Of a DNA stretch of 64,000 nucleotides, positions 35,166-44,289 are shown one piece after another (position 1 is the stretch's first letter; every line of letters begins with the position of its first letter). The translations under genes were made by a program, and so were the position numbers. A model generated the notes under the pieces. The model saw nothing but the letters and a program-made list of their open reading frames with translations, did no database searches and had not been told where the DNA came from. This DNA comes from a virus. The stretch covers positions 39,596 to 103,595 of IMG/VR virus record IMGVR_UViG_3300017971_000013; one strand, 5' to 3'.

Positions 35166-37979
35166 ATGGCTCTGACTACGTCTTCGACATATAAACAGCA
35201 TAATTATATGGGCGAATATGCTGACGATGCGACAGCATTAACGGCCATTAGAGATCAAAATTGGGATTCAAACTCGAATGGCACAGGTAACCCCCGTAAT
35301 GGGATGTGGTATTACAATACAACGTCCAACGTTTTCAGAGCTTATACAAGTGGTGCGTGGGGCAATTTAGGAGGAGGGGGTTCTCCAGGAGGTGCGGATA
35401 CTCAACTGCAGTATAATAATAGCGGGGCATTTGGAGGAGATGCTGATTTAGCATGGGACGATACAAATCATTTTTTGCAGCTTGGAACACCAGCTCTGTT
35501 AATGACAGGTGGCCACACAACGCAAGACACCTACGTTAGCGACGGTGCTATCATCGTTAACACAGCGAGTGTAGGGTCGTCTTATCGGTCGATGCGTTTT
35601 CGGTGTGATTCCGTGATAAACAACTCGTCTCTGGCCAACATCCCGGATGAGGTGTATTGTGATATATATCCGCACGCGACGAACGGTGGCATGAACATCT
35701 GGGGGTTTAGTAACGACGCAGCCACAAGCCATGGTCTGCGGCTGCACGGACACTCACAGGTTGAGGATACGACGACAACTACTTCATCAAACGGGGTGGT
35801 TGAGCTGTATGGATCTCGTGGTTCGTTGAGTACAATTAGCGACTCTGGAAACATACTGAGTATCGATAGCGGCGGAACCAAATTTCTCATGAAGGGCGAC
35901 GGTGCTGTTCGTGGGTTAGGTTCATGGACGATAGGGTATGGAACAACATATGACGATAACCCTGGTACAAATGCTGACGGTCTCACACTTCATCAAGGGA
36001 TAGTTGACGCCTTTACATATGATGATCCTATTCTGGTAATGCGCGGAAATGGGGTATCAACCGGACTGACGGCTGCTACGTATAGAAATACTACGGAAAC
36101 GTACGCAAGGATACTCCAGGCAAACAAGAGAAATGGTGGCGCTCAGTTGGACGGGTTTGCTGAGACGTCGGCAGGTTTGGTCGGTATCAGGCTGCGGGCA
36201 ATCAGTGGACTGGCATCATCAGACCCATCAGCTGCTGCACCATTGGACTTGCAGTGTATGGAGAACTCTGGTGCAACATCTGGTACAGCAATTGCGGTTG
36301 GTGAGAACCTCGTTCGTTTCAGCGGGTTTAGTAATGCTACGTATTATGCATTCCAACATCGTAAGGCTTGGTGGCCAAGCGTCAAGTTAATTACAGGTGA
36401 TATTGGACTGACGTCAACTTATGACACTGTAAGTGACCGTGGTATATCAATCTATACAAACGGATTGGACAACTCCTTCGAAACATTTGCTCCGAATGTG
36501 GCAACAGGTGTGACGGAGATTGATGGGTCGGCATCTAGGGCTATCGATACGAGGACTACGTATTGCCTTCAGCAGCATTCTTCAAGTGCTGGCGGTACTC
36601 GCGTCATTGGACTGTCTGACCAAACTTATGGACTTTCATTAGAGGGAATTGGAAGGTCGGCATCATCGACTATAAGTACAGCATCAGAGGGTCCGATTTC
36701 GCTGCGCGGTCACAAGTGGGATAGCGTCGACACCAACACGTCACTTGCAGGTACTGAGGTGTGTTTCACGATTCGAAACTACACCACGACTCGCGCGGTA
36801 ATGACTGGAAACGGCGACTGGTTCTTCAGCGGCAAGATCTCCATCGATGAGAGCGGCAGTTTTGAGACCGCTCCAGATGTAGACTCCGGAGGTCTTTGTT
36901 TAAACCACGGTGCAAACGATGGGAATGTATTAACGTTTAAGAACTCTGATGTGAGCGTGCCTTACACCTCCGTTGTTGAAGCTGATACTTACATGGAGGC
37001 GCATAAACGTAGCGGCGATTATGGAGGGGCTATTTTCAGAGGCTACGCGGATTCAGGCACAGAGCCTGGTATGACTATACATGGCTTTTCTGTTACACCT
37101 TCAACTAGTGTAACTTCTACTACTGCTCAAGGCTGCACTGTTCTTAGAAGCTCTATGTCTGACGGTGGCACAGGGATTCAAGATGTGGACGATAACAGGT
37201 TGATGGTAACTATTCGTAACAGAGATACAAATAAGATCCAAATAGTAGGCGATGGATCTATGTACTTTGTAGATACCGATGCTGTTATTTCTACAGGAAA
37301 TGAAGATAGCCCAGATTGCTCGGGCGGAGGTATTTGTTTAAATCAAAACGCAGAAGATACTGATATTTTGACGTTTAAATCTTCTGATGTTGCTCATGGT
37401 ATGACAAACATTGCTGAGACTGATACTTATGGAACTTTTGCTAAAGGCAGCCCTGCTGCCGGAGCCTTGCGTTTAACAGGTTTAGCAGATTCTGCTCTTG
37501 CTATAGGAATAGCTTTACGTGGTTACGGAGGCACAACTGATAATACCACGGGTTCAGCGGCAATAGGTGCCATCACACTTGAGGGTGCATATGCTAATGG
37601 AACCGGTGTACAGGCGGTAGGAAATACAGATAACGTCTTCGTTGTCCGTAATAGAAATAGTTCGGAATTGATGTTAAAGGGCAATGGAGATCTGTATACA
37701 CAAACGGGCACAGGTGGTCCTTATGATGATGAGAACGATCTTGCGTTAGCCGAAGCAGCAAAATATGAAATGGCAGGATGTTATGATAGGATAACTAAAA
37801 AAGATCAAGAGAGGTTGCACGAATTAGGTATTATGAAAAATGGTTATGTTTGCCACCAAAAAATGATGGCGTTGCAACTAGGTGCATTTGGTCAGATTTG
37901 GAATGTTTTAAAAGGTTTAGCTGAAAAACTTGGTTTTACAGATGAGGAGCTTTTGGCCCTAACTAAGAATTATTCGTAA
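35166..37979 (+). CDS. Tail fibre/receptor-binding protein with ~150-aa internal repeats
   Basis: SPGGADTQLQYNNSGAFGG motif; repeats G.CLN.GA.D...LTFK.SDV...E.DTY; helical C-terminal domain. Confidence 0.8.
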   Translation: MALTTSSTYKQHNYMGEYADDATALTAIRDQNWDSNSNGTGNPRNGMWYYNTTSNVFRAYTSGAWGNLGGGGSPGGADTQLQYNNSGAFGGDADLAWDDTNHFLQLGTPALLMTGGHTTQDTYVSDGAIIVNTASVGSSYRSMRFRCDSVINNSSLANIPDEVYCDIYPHATNGGMNIWGFSNDAATSHGLRLHGHSQVEDTTTTTSSNGVVELYGSRGSLSTISDSGNILSIDSGGTKFLMKGDGAVRGLGSWTIGYGTTYDDNPGTNADGLTLHQGIVDAFTYDDPILVMRGNGVSTGLTAATYRNTTETYARILQANKRNGGAQLDGFAETSAGLVGIRLRAISGLASSDPSAAAPLDLQCMENSGATSGTAIAVGENLVRFSGFSNATYYAFQHRKAWWPSVKLITGDIGLTSTYDTVSDRGISIYTNGLDNSFETFAPNVATGVTEIDGSASRAIDTRTTYCLQQHSSSAGGTRVIGLSDQTYGLSLEGIGRSASSTISTASEGPISLRGHKWDSVDTNTSLAGTEVCFTIRNYTTTRAVMTGNGDWFFSGKISIDESGSFETAPDVDSGGLCLNHGANDGNVLTFKNSDVSVPYTSVVEADTYMEAHKRSGDYGGAIFRGYADSGTEPGMTIHGFSVTPSTSVTSTTAQGCTVLRSSMSDGGTGIQDVDDNRLMVTIRNRDTNKIQIVGDGSMYFVDTDAVISTGNEDSPDCSGGGICLNQNAEDTDILTFKSSDVAHGMTNIAETDTYGTFAKGSPAAGALRLTGLADSALAIGIALRGYGGTTDNTTGSAAIGAITLEGAYANGTGVQAVGNTDNVFVVRNRNSSELMLKGNGDLYTQTGTGGPYDDENDLALAEAAKYEMAGCYDRITKKDQERLHELGIMKNGYVCHQKMMALQLGAFGQIWNVLKGLAEKLGFTDEELLALTKNYS

Positions 37980-37991
37980 GGAAGGAAAAAG

Positions 37992-38348
37992 ATGTCCATT
38001 TCATTTAAGAGTAGCTCTAAAGAAACTACAAAGTCTTTGTTCTTTGGCGATGTTCTTCAGACCCTAAATAGATATTCCGGTATGATTAACTTTCATGGAG
38101 AAGGACCAGGCGGTGACGTTGTGTTAGACGCAGACGGAACAAAAAACATTCTAGAGCTTATTCAATCAGGTCCAGATCTTTCAGCTTTATCTACTAAAGA
38201 GATTCCCGAAGAACCTTCTGATACAGAGAGCCAGGAGTGGCTGGATTGGAACAGGCAATATGGTGGTTTCTCGAAAGTACCGGTCTCTGGTTCTAAGGTG
38301 GTTGTTACTACGAAAATCATTGTGACCTGTGAAGAATTGAAGGAGTAA
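37992..38348 (+). CDS. Small fibre-associated protein (paralogue of 26955-27278)
   Basis: Similarity by eye; directly follows a fibre gene. Confidence 0.7.
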   Translation: MSISFKSSSKETTKSLFFGDVLQTLNRYSGMINFHGEGPGGDVVLDADGTKNILELIQSGPDLSALSTKEIPEEPSDTESQEWLDWNRQYGGFSKVPVSGSKVVVTTKIIVTCEELKE

Positions 38349-38353
38349 AACTT

Positions 38354-39499
38354 ATGCAAAATGTTGAATATCCCTATGCGTTAACTTCTTTTTTAAATAC
38401 AAAAGTAGATATCCAGACCTTATCTGAAGAAATACTGGCAAGTGATATAACTATAGCCTTGAATTCTATCTCTTCCGGTGCAACTTCATGTTCAATTTGG
38501 TTCAAGGCAGAGCTTTCTTCTGACGAGGAAGGTCTTCTAGATGTTGTTGTGGCTTCTCATACAGGCGAGGCTAAACCTCTTGGTGATCTTGTAACAATTG
38601 TAGGTCAGAATCCAGACACAAAGGCCGTACCTGTTTCATTAATTGGGCGTGTTGGTTCAGACTCCATTCGTGCTTCTCATGACATGTGCCACAAAGAGAC
38701 ATGGTTTGAGAATTCTAATCGTGTTGTAAGAGAGCACTTGTTAGATACAGGCGACGGCTTTACTTGGGAATCTGAGAATCCATGGTGGATCGATACACGG
38801 CATGGGCGTGTACATAAAGAGCATCTTCTTCTTAACGATCAAGGTGATCATCTGTACGATGAAATCATTTATGTAGATAATGTAAAGATGGACCCGCGCC
38901 CACCCTTCTGTGTTGATTGGTCTGAGGGCGGGGATTACTATATTGAATATTATACCGGTCGGGTTATTTTTAGGGAATCTCAGTATGGCAAAGACGTAGA
39001 AGCTACATATAGTTATTCCCCAGACGAAGAAGGTTCGTCTGTTTGGGTCTTAGAACCAGATGAGGGTGAGGTTATTGAAATTAACCAAGCGGAGGTTCAA
39101 TTTTCTAAAGATATCGTTATGACTGACGATATTTACTATGAGGTCTATGGATATGTTGAAGCGTTTGCGCCTAGCTTGGCCGTTTCTGGAGGTGGATCTA
39201 TTCCTGACGGAACTCGCATTCAATTGGATTACACCCTATACAAAACTCTATATCAATTAATGGATGAAGCGCGCGGCGCGTATCCTTTGATTCCAGCGGT
39301 CGGAGGCGCAACTAGCCCTCACAATTTCGGTCGAGGTATGGATAACGAGTTTTTGATCTTTCCTTTTATTTATGGAACGGTCAGAGAGATAAAATCTTCG
39401 TTAGGTATGCAGCTGCGGTGCAGGCAACTCAATGATATCCCTTTTGAAGGGGAAAGAGCGACTGTTACTTTTTATTGTACAGGAAGGCCAGAAGAATGA
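38354..39499 (+). CDS. Putative virion structural protein
   Basis: 381-aa acidic ORF; GDY.I.Y.TG.V.F motif; end of the fibre cluster. Confidence 0.65.
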   Translation: MQNVEYPYALTSFLNTKVDIQTLSEEILASDITIALNSISSGATSCSIWFKAELSSDEEGLLDVVVASHTGEAKPLGDLVTIVGQNPDTKAVPVSLIGRVGSDSIRASHDMCHKETWFENSNRVVREHLLDTGDGFTWESENPWWIDTRHGRVHKEHLLLNDQGDHLYDEIIYVDNVKMDPRPPFCVDWSEGGDYYIEYYTGRVIFRESQYGKDVEATYSYSPDEEGSSVWVLEPDEGEVIEINQAEVQFSKDIVMTDDIYYEVYGYVEAFAPSLAVSGGGSIPDGTRIQLDYTLYKTLYQLMDEARGAYPLIPAVGGATSPHNFGRGMDNEFLIFPFIYGTVREIKSSLGMQLRCRQLNDIPFEGERATVTFYCTGRPEE

Positions 39500-40359
39500 G
39501 AGCTTTAGTGCTTAGCGGAGGGGGCTCTAAAGGAGCTTTTCAGGTCGGCGCAATTATGTATTTAATGGAGACCTTGAAGTTCAAATATGATATTTACTGT
39601 GGGGTGTCTGTAGGGGCAATCAACGCAGCGCATCTAGCTCAATACAAAGACGGAGAGGAGAAAGAGGCTTCAATATCTCTTAGACTACTCTGGCAGAAGC
39701 TTTACACTGATAAGGTGTATAAAGATTTTCCTCTAGGGAAGATATCTGCTTTGTGGGAGCCTTCTGTGTATAACTCTTGGCCATTACGTAAACTACTAGA
39801 AAAAGAGCTAGACGTTAATAAGGTCAGAGAGAGCGGCAAGCAGCTAAAAATAGGTGTTGTATCGCTGGATACAGGAAACTATCGTCGATTTGATGAAAAT
39901 TCGCCCGAGTTGCTTAATGCTGTTTTGGCTTCGTCTGCGTTTCCTGGTATGTTGATGCCGATAGACATTGACGGCGAACTTTACACCGATGGAGGTGTAA
40001 AGAATATTACTCCTATCTTTGCGGCGCTTTCAGCCGGTGCCACAGAGATAGACATTGTAATGACTTCGCCAGCGCACGTTAAATATAAAAAGCTTGACGA
40101 TCCTAACACTCTCGACATAGCATTGAGGGTGATTGAATTGATGGCAGATGAGATAACAGAAGGAGATTTGAGAGAGGCGGTACTTCTCAATGATCTTTCT
40201 TCTAAACCTAAAGCTACTTTTAGGATCATAAGGCCTGACAAGGTACTTACGGACAATTCTTTGGACTTTAGCCCTATAAAAACAGGCGCGATGCTGGTTA
40301 AGGGCTATAGTAAAGCTAAACTTATTTGTGAGGGAAAACATGGAAGAGAAACAGCTTGA
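39496..40359 (+). CDS. Patatin-like phospholipase
   Basis: LVLSGGGSKGAFQVG, GVSVGA (GxSxG), ASSAFPG and DGG. Confidence 0.95.
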   Translation: MRALVLSGGGSKGAFQVGAIMYLMETLKFKYDIYCGVSVGAINAAHLAQYKDGEEKEASISLRLLWQKLYTDKVYKDFPLGKISALWEPSVYNSWPLRKLLEKELDVNKVRESGKQLKIGVVSLDTGNYRRFDENSPELLNAVLASSAFPGMLMPIDIDGELYTDGGVKNITPIFAALSAGATEIDIVMTSPAHVKYKKLDDPNTLDIALRVIELMADEITEGDLREAVLLNDLSSKPKATFRIIRPDKVLTDNSLDFSPIKTGAMLVKGYSKAKLICEGKHGRETA

Positions 40360-40561
40360 TTTGAATGATGCTCTTGATTGTGTGGATTTTTTGTATGGTT
40401 TAACTAGAAATCTCAGGCTTAATGCGCAGGAGCATGAAGCTTGCTCAGCCGCTCGGGCTAAGATTTTAGGTGAAATTAGCGACCTCAAAGAAAAGATGGA
40501 CGAATTCTACAAAGAGACAGTGGGCCTGAAGAGTCAACTAGAAAACTCAACAACACATTAA
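40340..40561 (+). CDS. Hypothetical protein
   Basis: GAGGG RBS; coiled coil. Confidence 0.6.
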   Translation: MEEKQLDLNDALDCVDFLYGLTRNLRLNAQEHEACSAARAKILGEISDLKEKMDEFYKETVGLKSQLENSTTH

Positions 40562-40579
40562 CATTAAAGGCCACTTATT

Positions 40580-40864
40580 ATGACACCACAAGAATATGAA
40601 GAACGAGAAGCTCGGCTCGTTAATATTTACAAGACTTTTCCTGTGTTAGTACTTTCTTTGTCCATAGGGCTTCTGTTTGTCGCCTTTGCAACCCTGGACC
40701 TTACTCTTTGGCTGAAAACTTCTTTGGTTGCTACTCTTTGTTTTTTTGCGCTTAGTGGCCTTGGAATTCTGTCTGAAATAGGTACGGTGAAGATTTTTGC
40801 GCTAGCAAAAGAATTGAAGACAGGAGAGAAAGAAGAAGAGACTTGGGTAAACGACTGGGAATAA
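40580..40864 (+). CDS. Two-TM membrane protein (holin candidate)
   Basis: Two hydrophobic helices and a charged C-terminus; precedes a cell-wall hydrolase. Confidence 0.5.
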   Translation: MTPQEYEEREARLVNIYKTFPVLVLSLSIGLLFVAFATLDLTLWLKTSLVATLCFFALSGLGILSEIGTVKIFALAKELKTGEKEEETWVNDWE

Positions 40865-41514
40865 TACTCCTGGTTTCGATGCTATTCTTACCTAAAGAGA
40901 CGGCACCTGCTGAAATTTCTGAATTTCATTGGTTACGACTTAGCATTGCCAATGTGCAATGTTTGATACGACCTGCGTTTGATCCCACCATAGCTACCTC
41001 GGCTTTTGAAATATCTAATAATTTTCATACAATTGAAGGAAAACTTCGCGCGTTAGATATTATGTTTTTGACGCGCGTTGTTTTTGCTGAAGCTAGCATC
41101 GGAACTAGATTTGAGAAACAATGTGTTGCGCTCGCTGCTTTAAATAGGTATGCTCTTAATATGGAGTATAATTTCAAGAAGGAACGTGGGCGATGGGCGA
41201 AAAGGGTCTGGAAGACAAGAAACACTTACAGGTATCTGTGGCTGACTCTAGCGCTATACGCGAAAAAGAACGCAGGAGATACATGCAACGGAGTTACTCA
41301 CTTCTTTTCGCCAATGAATATGAGAAAATGCATACCGGGAGAAAAGCCAAAAGGAACAAGAATGCCCTGTGAGGACTTAGGAAGCTTAGGTTATAGACTG
41401 GTTCCTGTGTTTTCTTTTTCACCTAGGTTTAAACGTCTGAAATCTAAACGTCCTAAGGTTTTCACGTTTTATAAGGACAGATATGTTACTCAACCGGTCT
41501 TTGATAAAATCTAA
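40843..41514 (+). CDS. SleB/Hydrolase_2-like cell-wall hydrolase with signal peptide
   Basis: LTRVVFAEA...VALAALNR...GVTHFFSP. Confidence 0.7.
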   Translation: MGKRLGIILLVSMLFLPKETAPAEISEFHWLRLSIANVQCLIRPAFDPTIATSAFEISNNFHTIEGKLRALDIMFLTRVVFAEASIGTRFEKQCVALAALNRYALNMEYNFKKERGRWAKRVWKTRNTYRYLWLTLALYAKKNAGDTCNGVTHFFSPMNMRKCIPGEKPKGTRMPCEDLGSLGYRLVPVFSFSPRFKRLKSKRPKVFTFYKDRYVTQPVFDKI

Positions 41515-41995
41515 TACTGTGTTTTATGATGCTGTAGACGATATGTTGGTGTCCGCTAGAGATGGAGATTTTGTCCTGTGGCGTCAACTGTCTCTAGAAG
41601 CTATAGCTTTCTATAGACGGAATTTTGGCGCGGCGTTCACATTATTGTGGATGTGTATAGATGACAGTTGGCGCCTTATAAGAATACCTGGAAATGACCA
41701 AGGCGTCATTAACTCTCTTCAGACAAACCTTATTGCCAGCCTAGAATTCCCTATCGACACGTGGCACACTTTCACTGTCATTGACGACAAGACTTTGTTT
41801 GAAATGTTGGATGAGGATGTTCTAGTAGACATAGATGTGCAGATCTCAGGCCTTATTCTTGTGTTAGATTCTTATTTTGGGGAGGGTTTCCTTGAGCAAT
41901 TCACTGGGTGTAAGCAAATCTCACTTAAACAAGGACGATTTTTCAGTGGTTTCTGGGAAGAGGAAAAGGTTTCTACAGGCACTGATAGATCTTGA
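41483..41995 (+). CDS. Hypothetical protein
   Basis: 170-aa ORF in an operon. Confidence 0.6.
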   Translation: MLLNRSLIKSNTVFYDAVDDMLVSARDGDFVLWRQLSLEAIAFYRRNFGAAFTLLWMCIDDSWRLIRIPGNDQGVINSLQTNLIASLEFPIDTWHTFTVIDDKTLFEMLDEDVLVDIDVQISGLILVLDSYFGEGFLEQFTGCKQISLKQGRFFSGFWEEEKVSTGTDRS

Positions 41996-42440
41996 ACATG
42001 ATGAAATCAGAGTTCATTACAAAGATTTTTTTGCTGAAACAACTACTTTTGGATGCCGCGAAGACTATCTAGCGGTCTTAGCTAGCTACATAACGGCTGT
42101 TTTAGGTATTCCTAGCGTTCCTGTTAAGAGAGACGACGGTAAGCAAAGGTTGCCAGGTGTCAAGGTTAGCGGAAATGTCGTTCGCGCCGGTTGTTATTAT
42201 CAAGGAATTATCTATTTGAAGCCTTTGGTAGAGAATAGAAAATCCTCTGTAATGTTTCTTTTTGACTCTTTTGTTCATGAGCTTGCACATCATGTACTTT
42301 TAACGTATTTTCACGATCGTGAGTTCCATATTCATTATGCACGTTTTTACTTGATCATGGGTTGTTTACGGTCTGCTTTTATGGGTCAGGTGGGTAACTT
42401 GCGTGCAATGTTGAAGGAGTTAGAAGATGCCGGCAGCTAA
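41877..42440 (+). CDS. Putative HExxH metalloprotease (SprT/WLM-like)
   Basis: AGCYY...FVHELAHH...HYARF; start uncertain. Confidence 0.65.
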   Translation: MGRVSLSNSLGVSKSHLNKDDFSVVSGKRKRFLQALIDLEHDEIRVHYKDFFAETTTFGCREDYLAVLASYITAVLGIPSVPVKRDDGKQRLPGVKVSGNVVRAGCYYQGIIYLKPLVENRKSSVMFLFDSFVHELAHHVLLTYFHDREFHIHYARFYLIMGCLRSAFMGQVGNLRAMLKELEDAGS

Positions 42441-42798
42441 TCAGAACTCTATAGTTATGGATGGTGAATTAAAGAAATACTCTGGTGGTCGAACAGCCAA
42501 AGAAGATTTTTCTTTAACTTTCGCACTAGAAGATCTTGAATACGTTGGGACTGAATCTGCACGTTTGCAGGTAGCGGACACTCTTCCTATTCCTCAATAT
42601 AATCTTCAGCAATTTAAATTTGTCGGTATTTATGTAAGCCAGCCTGTAGATCTTACAAAAGTAACGGGCGGCGTTCCTGTTACAGAGACTGTTGATCGTT
42701 ATTATATTCATTTTTTTGAAGATGGTAACGGTGTAGATTCCCTAACTGTGACGGGTAAATTTAGCGATACTTTTGTAGATGTAATGGTAGGTGTGTGA
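42427..42798 (+). CDS. Hypothetical (possibly structural) protein
   Basis: AAGGAG RBS. Confidence 0.65.
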   Translation: MPAANQNSIVMDGELKKYSGGRTAKEDFSLTFALEDLEYVGTESARLQVADTLPIPQYNLQQFKFVGIYVSQPVDLTKVTGGVPVTETVDRYYIHFFEDGNGVDSLTVTGKFSDTFVDVMVGV

Positions 42799-43199
42799 TG
42801 AGCGATGATCTATGGGATGAGATCGAAGAGGTGGCAAAGAAAGGCGGTTCGCCTTTTATTCGTCTTAATGAGCAGCGTAAGGTGGGAAAGAAAGAGCCAA
42901 AACGTCGTGCTCCCAGACGCACAAATTTGCGCTATGATTTTGACGTAGACCCCTTTATGAAGGGTGTTTATATGACTCTTCCTCTCAAACATAAATCGCG
43001 CAGAACCTGTATTCGTAAAGGCTGCTTGAAAGAACTTCGTGTAGACCAGAAATGGGTATGTTGCACTGAATGTAAGATAATTGTCGTACAAGCACTTTCA
43101 AACGTATTGTCTGACCTTGTGCCCGGCGGAGAGGTACTTTTTGGGAGCATCAATAATGATCTCTTTCGACGATATAAAAGAATCCTTGAAGGAATTTGA
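42795..43199 (+). CDS. Hypothetical protein with a Cys cluster
   Basis: C...GC...CCTEC. Confidence 0.6.
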   Translation: MMSDDLWDEIEEVAKKGGSPFIRLNEQRKVGKKEPKRRAPRRTNLRYDFDVDPFMKGVYMTLPLKHKSRRTCIRKGCLKELRVDQKWVCCTECKIIVVQALSNVLSDLVPGGEVLFGSINNDLFRRYKRILEGI

Positions 43200-43371
43200 C
43201 GGAGAGATGGCGCGACAGGCGTTTGAATCTCTTCGTGAAAGATATCGTTTACTTGGTAAACTAGCTTTGCTCGATTGCAGTGAAATAGAACGTTCGTTGT
43301 TTGTAGCAGAGCTACATAGAAACCTTTCTGTTGGGCGCGTTACTTTTAGTAAGAGGAGATTTGGACGATGA
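43156..43371 (+). CDS. Hypothetical protein
   Basis: GGGAG RBS before ATG 43156; ATGA coupling to queC. Confidence 0.55.
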   Translation: MISFDDIKESLKEFDGEMARQAFESLRERYRLLGKLALLDCSEIERSLFVAELHRNLSVGRVTFSKRRFGR

Positions 43372-43997
43372 AGATTGTAATGTTACTCTCTGGAGGACTA
43401 GATAGTTTTGTTTCAGCGCGTATTTTGCTTGAACAGGGATACAACGTTTACCCTCTCTATGTTGATTATGGACATGCGGCCAATATGGCCGAAAGAGAGG
43501 TTATTTCATACTATAGAGAAATAGCTAGCGTAGCTTCTGCGCATAGAAGCAATGATCCTTTGATTGTAAAGACAGAATTTCCAGGTAACAACAGACTGTG
43601 TTCTCTTTTTAATCCAGAAGGAGAGAAGGCGGAGTTGGCGGGTAGAAACTTTGTATTTCTGTCTTTAGCTATTTCTTATGCTTTAGAGTTAAGGGCCAAG
43701 GCCGTTGCTTTTGGTGTGTCTAAGACATCAAACTTACACAACCCTTCTATCTATGCCGACACTGGCGAGGAATTTGTAGATATTGGTTACAAATTGATGG
43801 GTTTATATGGTTTGGATCTACTCTTGCCTGTATATGAGCTAGATAAGCGTCAGATTCTTAGGTTAGCGGAGAGCTTCGGTATAAAAAACTATCATTCATG
43901 CATTGTTAGCGATATTCCTTGTGGGTCGTGCATAAACTGCAAAGAACTAAAAAACGCTATTCTTGAAATCGGACTAGATAACATACAAAAAGCTTGA
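43368..43997 (+). CDS. queC: 7-cyano-7-deazaguanine synthase
   Basis: PP-loop LLSGGLDS, VDYGH, GRNFVFLSLA, YAD, and Zn motif SC...CGSCINC. Confidence 0.9.
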   Translation: MKIVMLLSGGLDSFVSARILLEQGYNVYPLYVDYGHAANMAEREVISYYREIASVASAHRSNDPLIVKTEFPGNNRLCSLFNPEGEKAELAGRNFVFLSLAISYALELRAKAVAFGVSKTSNLHNPSIYADTGEEFVDIGYKLMGLYGLDLLLPVYELDKRQILRLAESFGIKNYHSCIVSDIPCGSCINCKELKNAILEIGLDNIQKA

Positions 43998-44063
43998 CAA
44001 AAAACCTATACCCAGTTAAAAAGAAAATTGGGATTCGTTTACACCAAGTAAAGGAGAACTCCA

Positions 44064-44201
44064 ATGGGTAATACTGGTGGTCGTCGACGTGGTCCTGGTG
44101 TGACGGCACGTCGGACCGGAACGCGACGCGCACGCGGTGGACGAGGAACTCGAGCACGAGGTGGCCGAGGAACACGCGCCCGCGTAGGACGTCGTCGTTA
44201 A
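44064..44201 (+). CDS. 45-aa Arg/Gly-rich protamine-like peptide (not in ORF track)
   Basis: AAGGAG RBS; MGNTGGRRRGPGVTARRTGTRRARGGRGTRARGGRGTRARVGRRR; TTGACA upstream (43994), hairpin downstream (44235-44269). Confidence 0.75.
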   Translation: MGNTGGRRRGPGVTARRTGTRRARGGRGTRARGGRGTRARVGRRR

Positions 44202-44289
44202 GTCACATTTCTATATTTAAGCACGTTTTTTAGCAAGGCAGGTATTCCAAATAGGAGTAGCTGCCTTTTGTGTTCTGAGGTAATGAACA

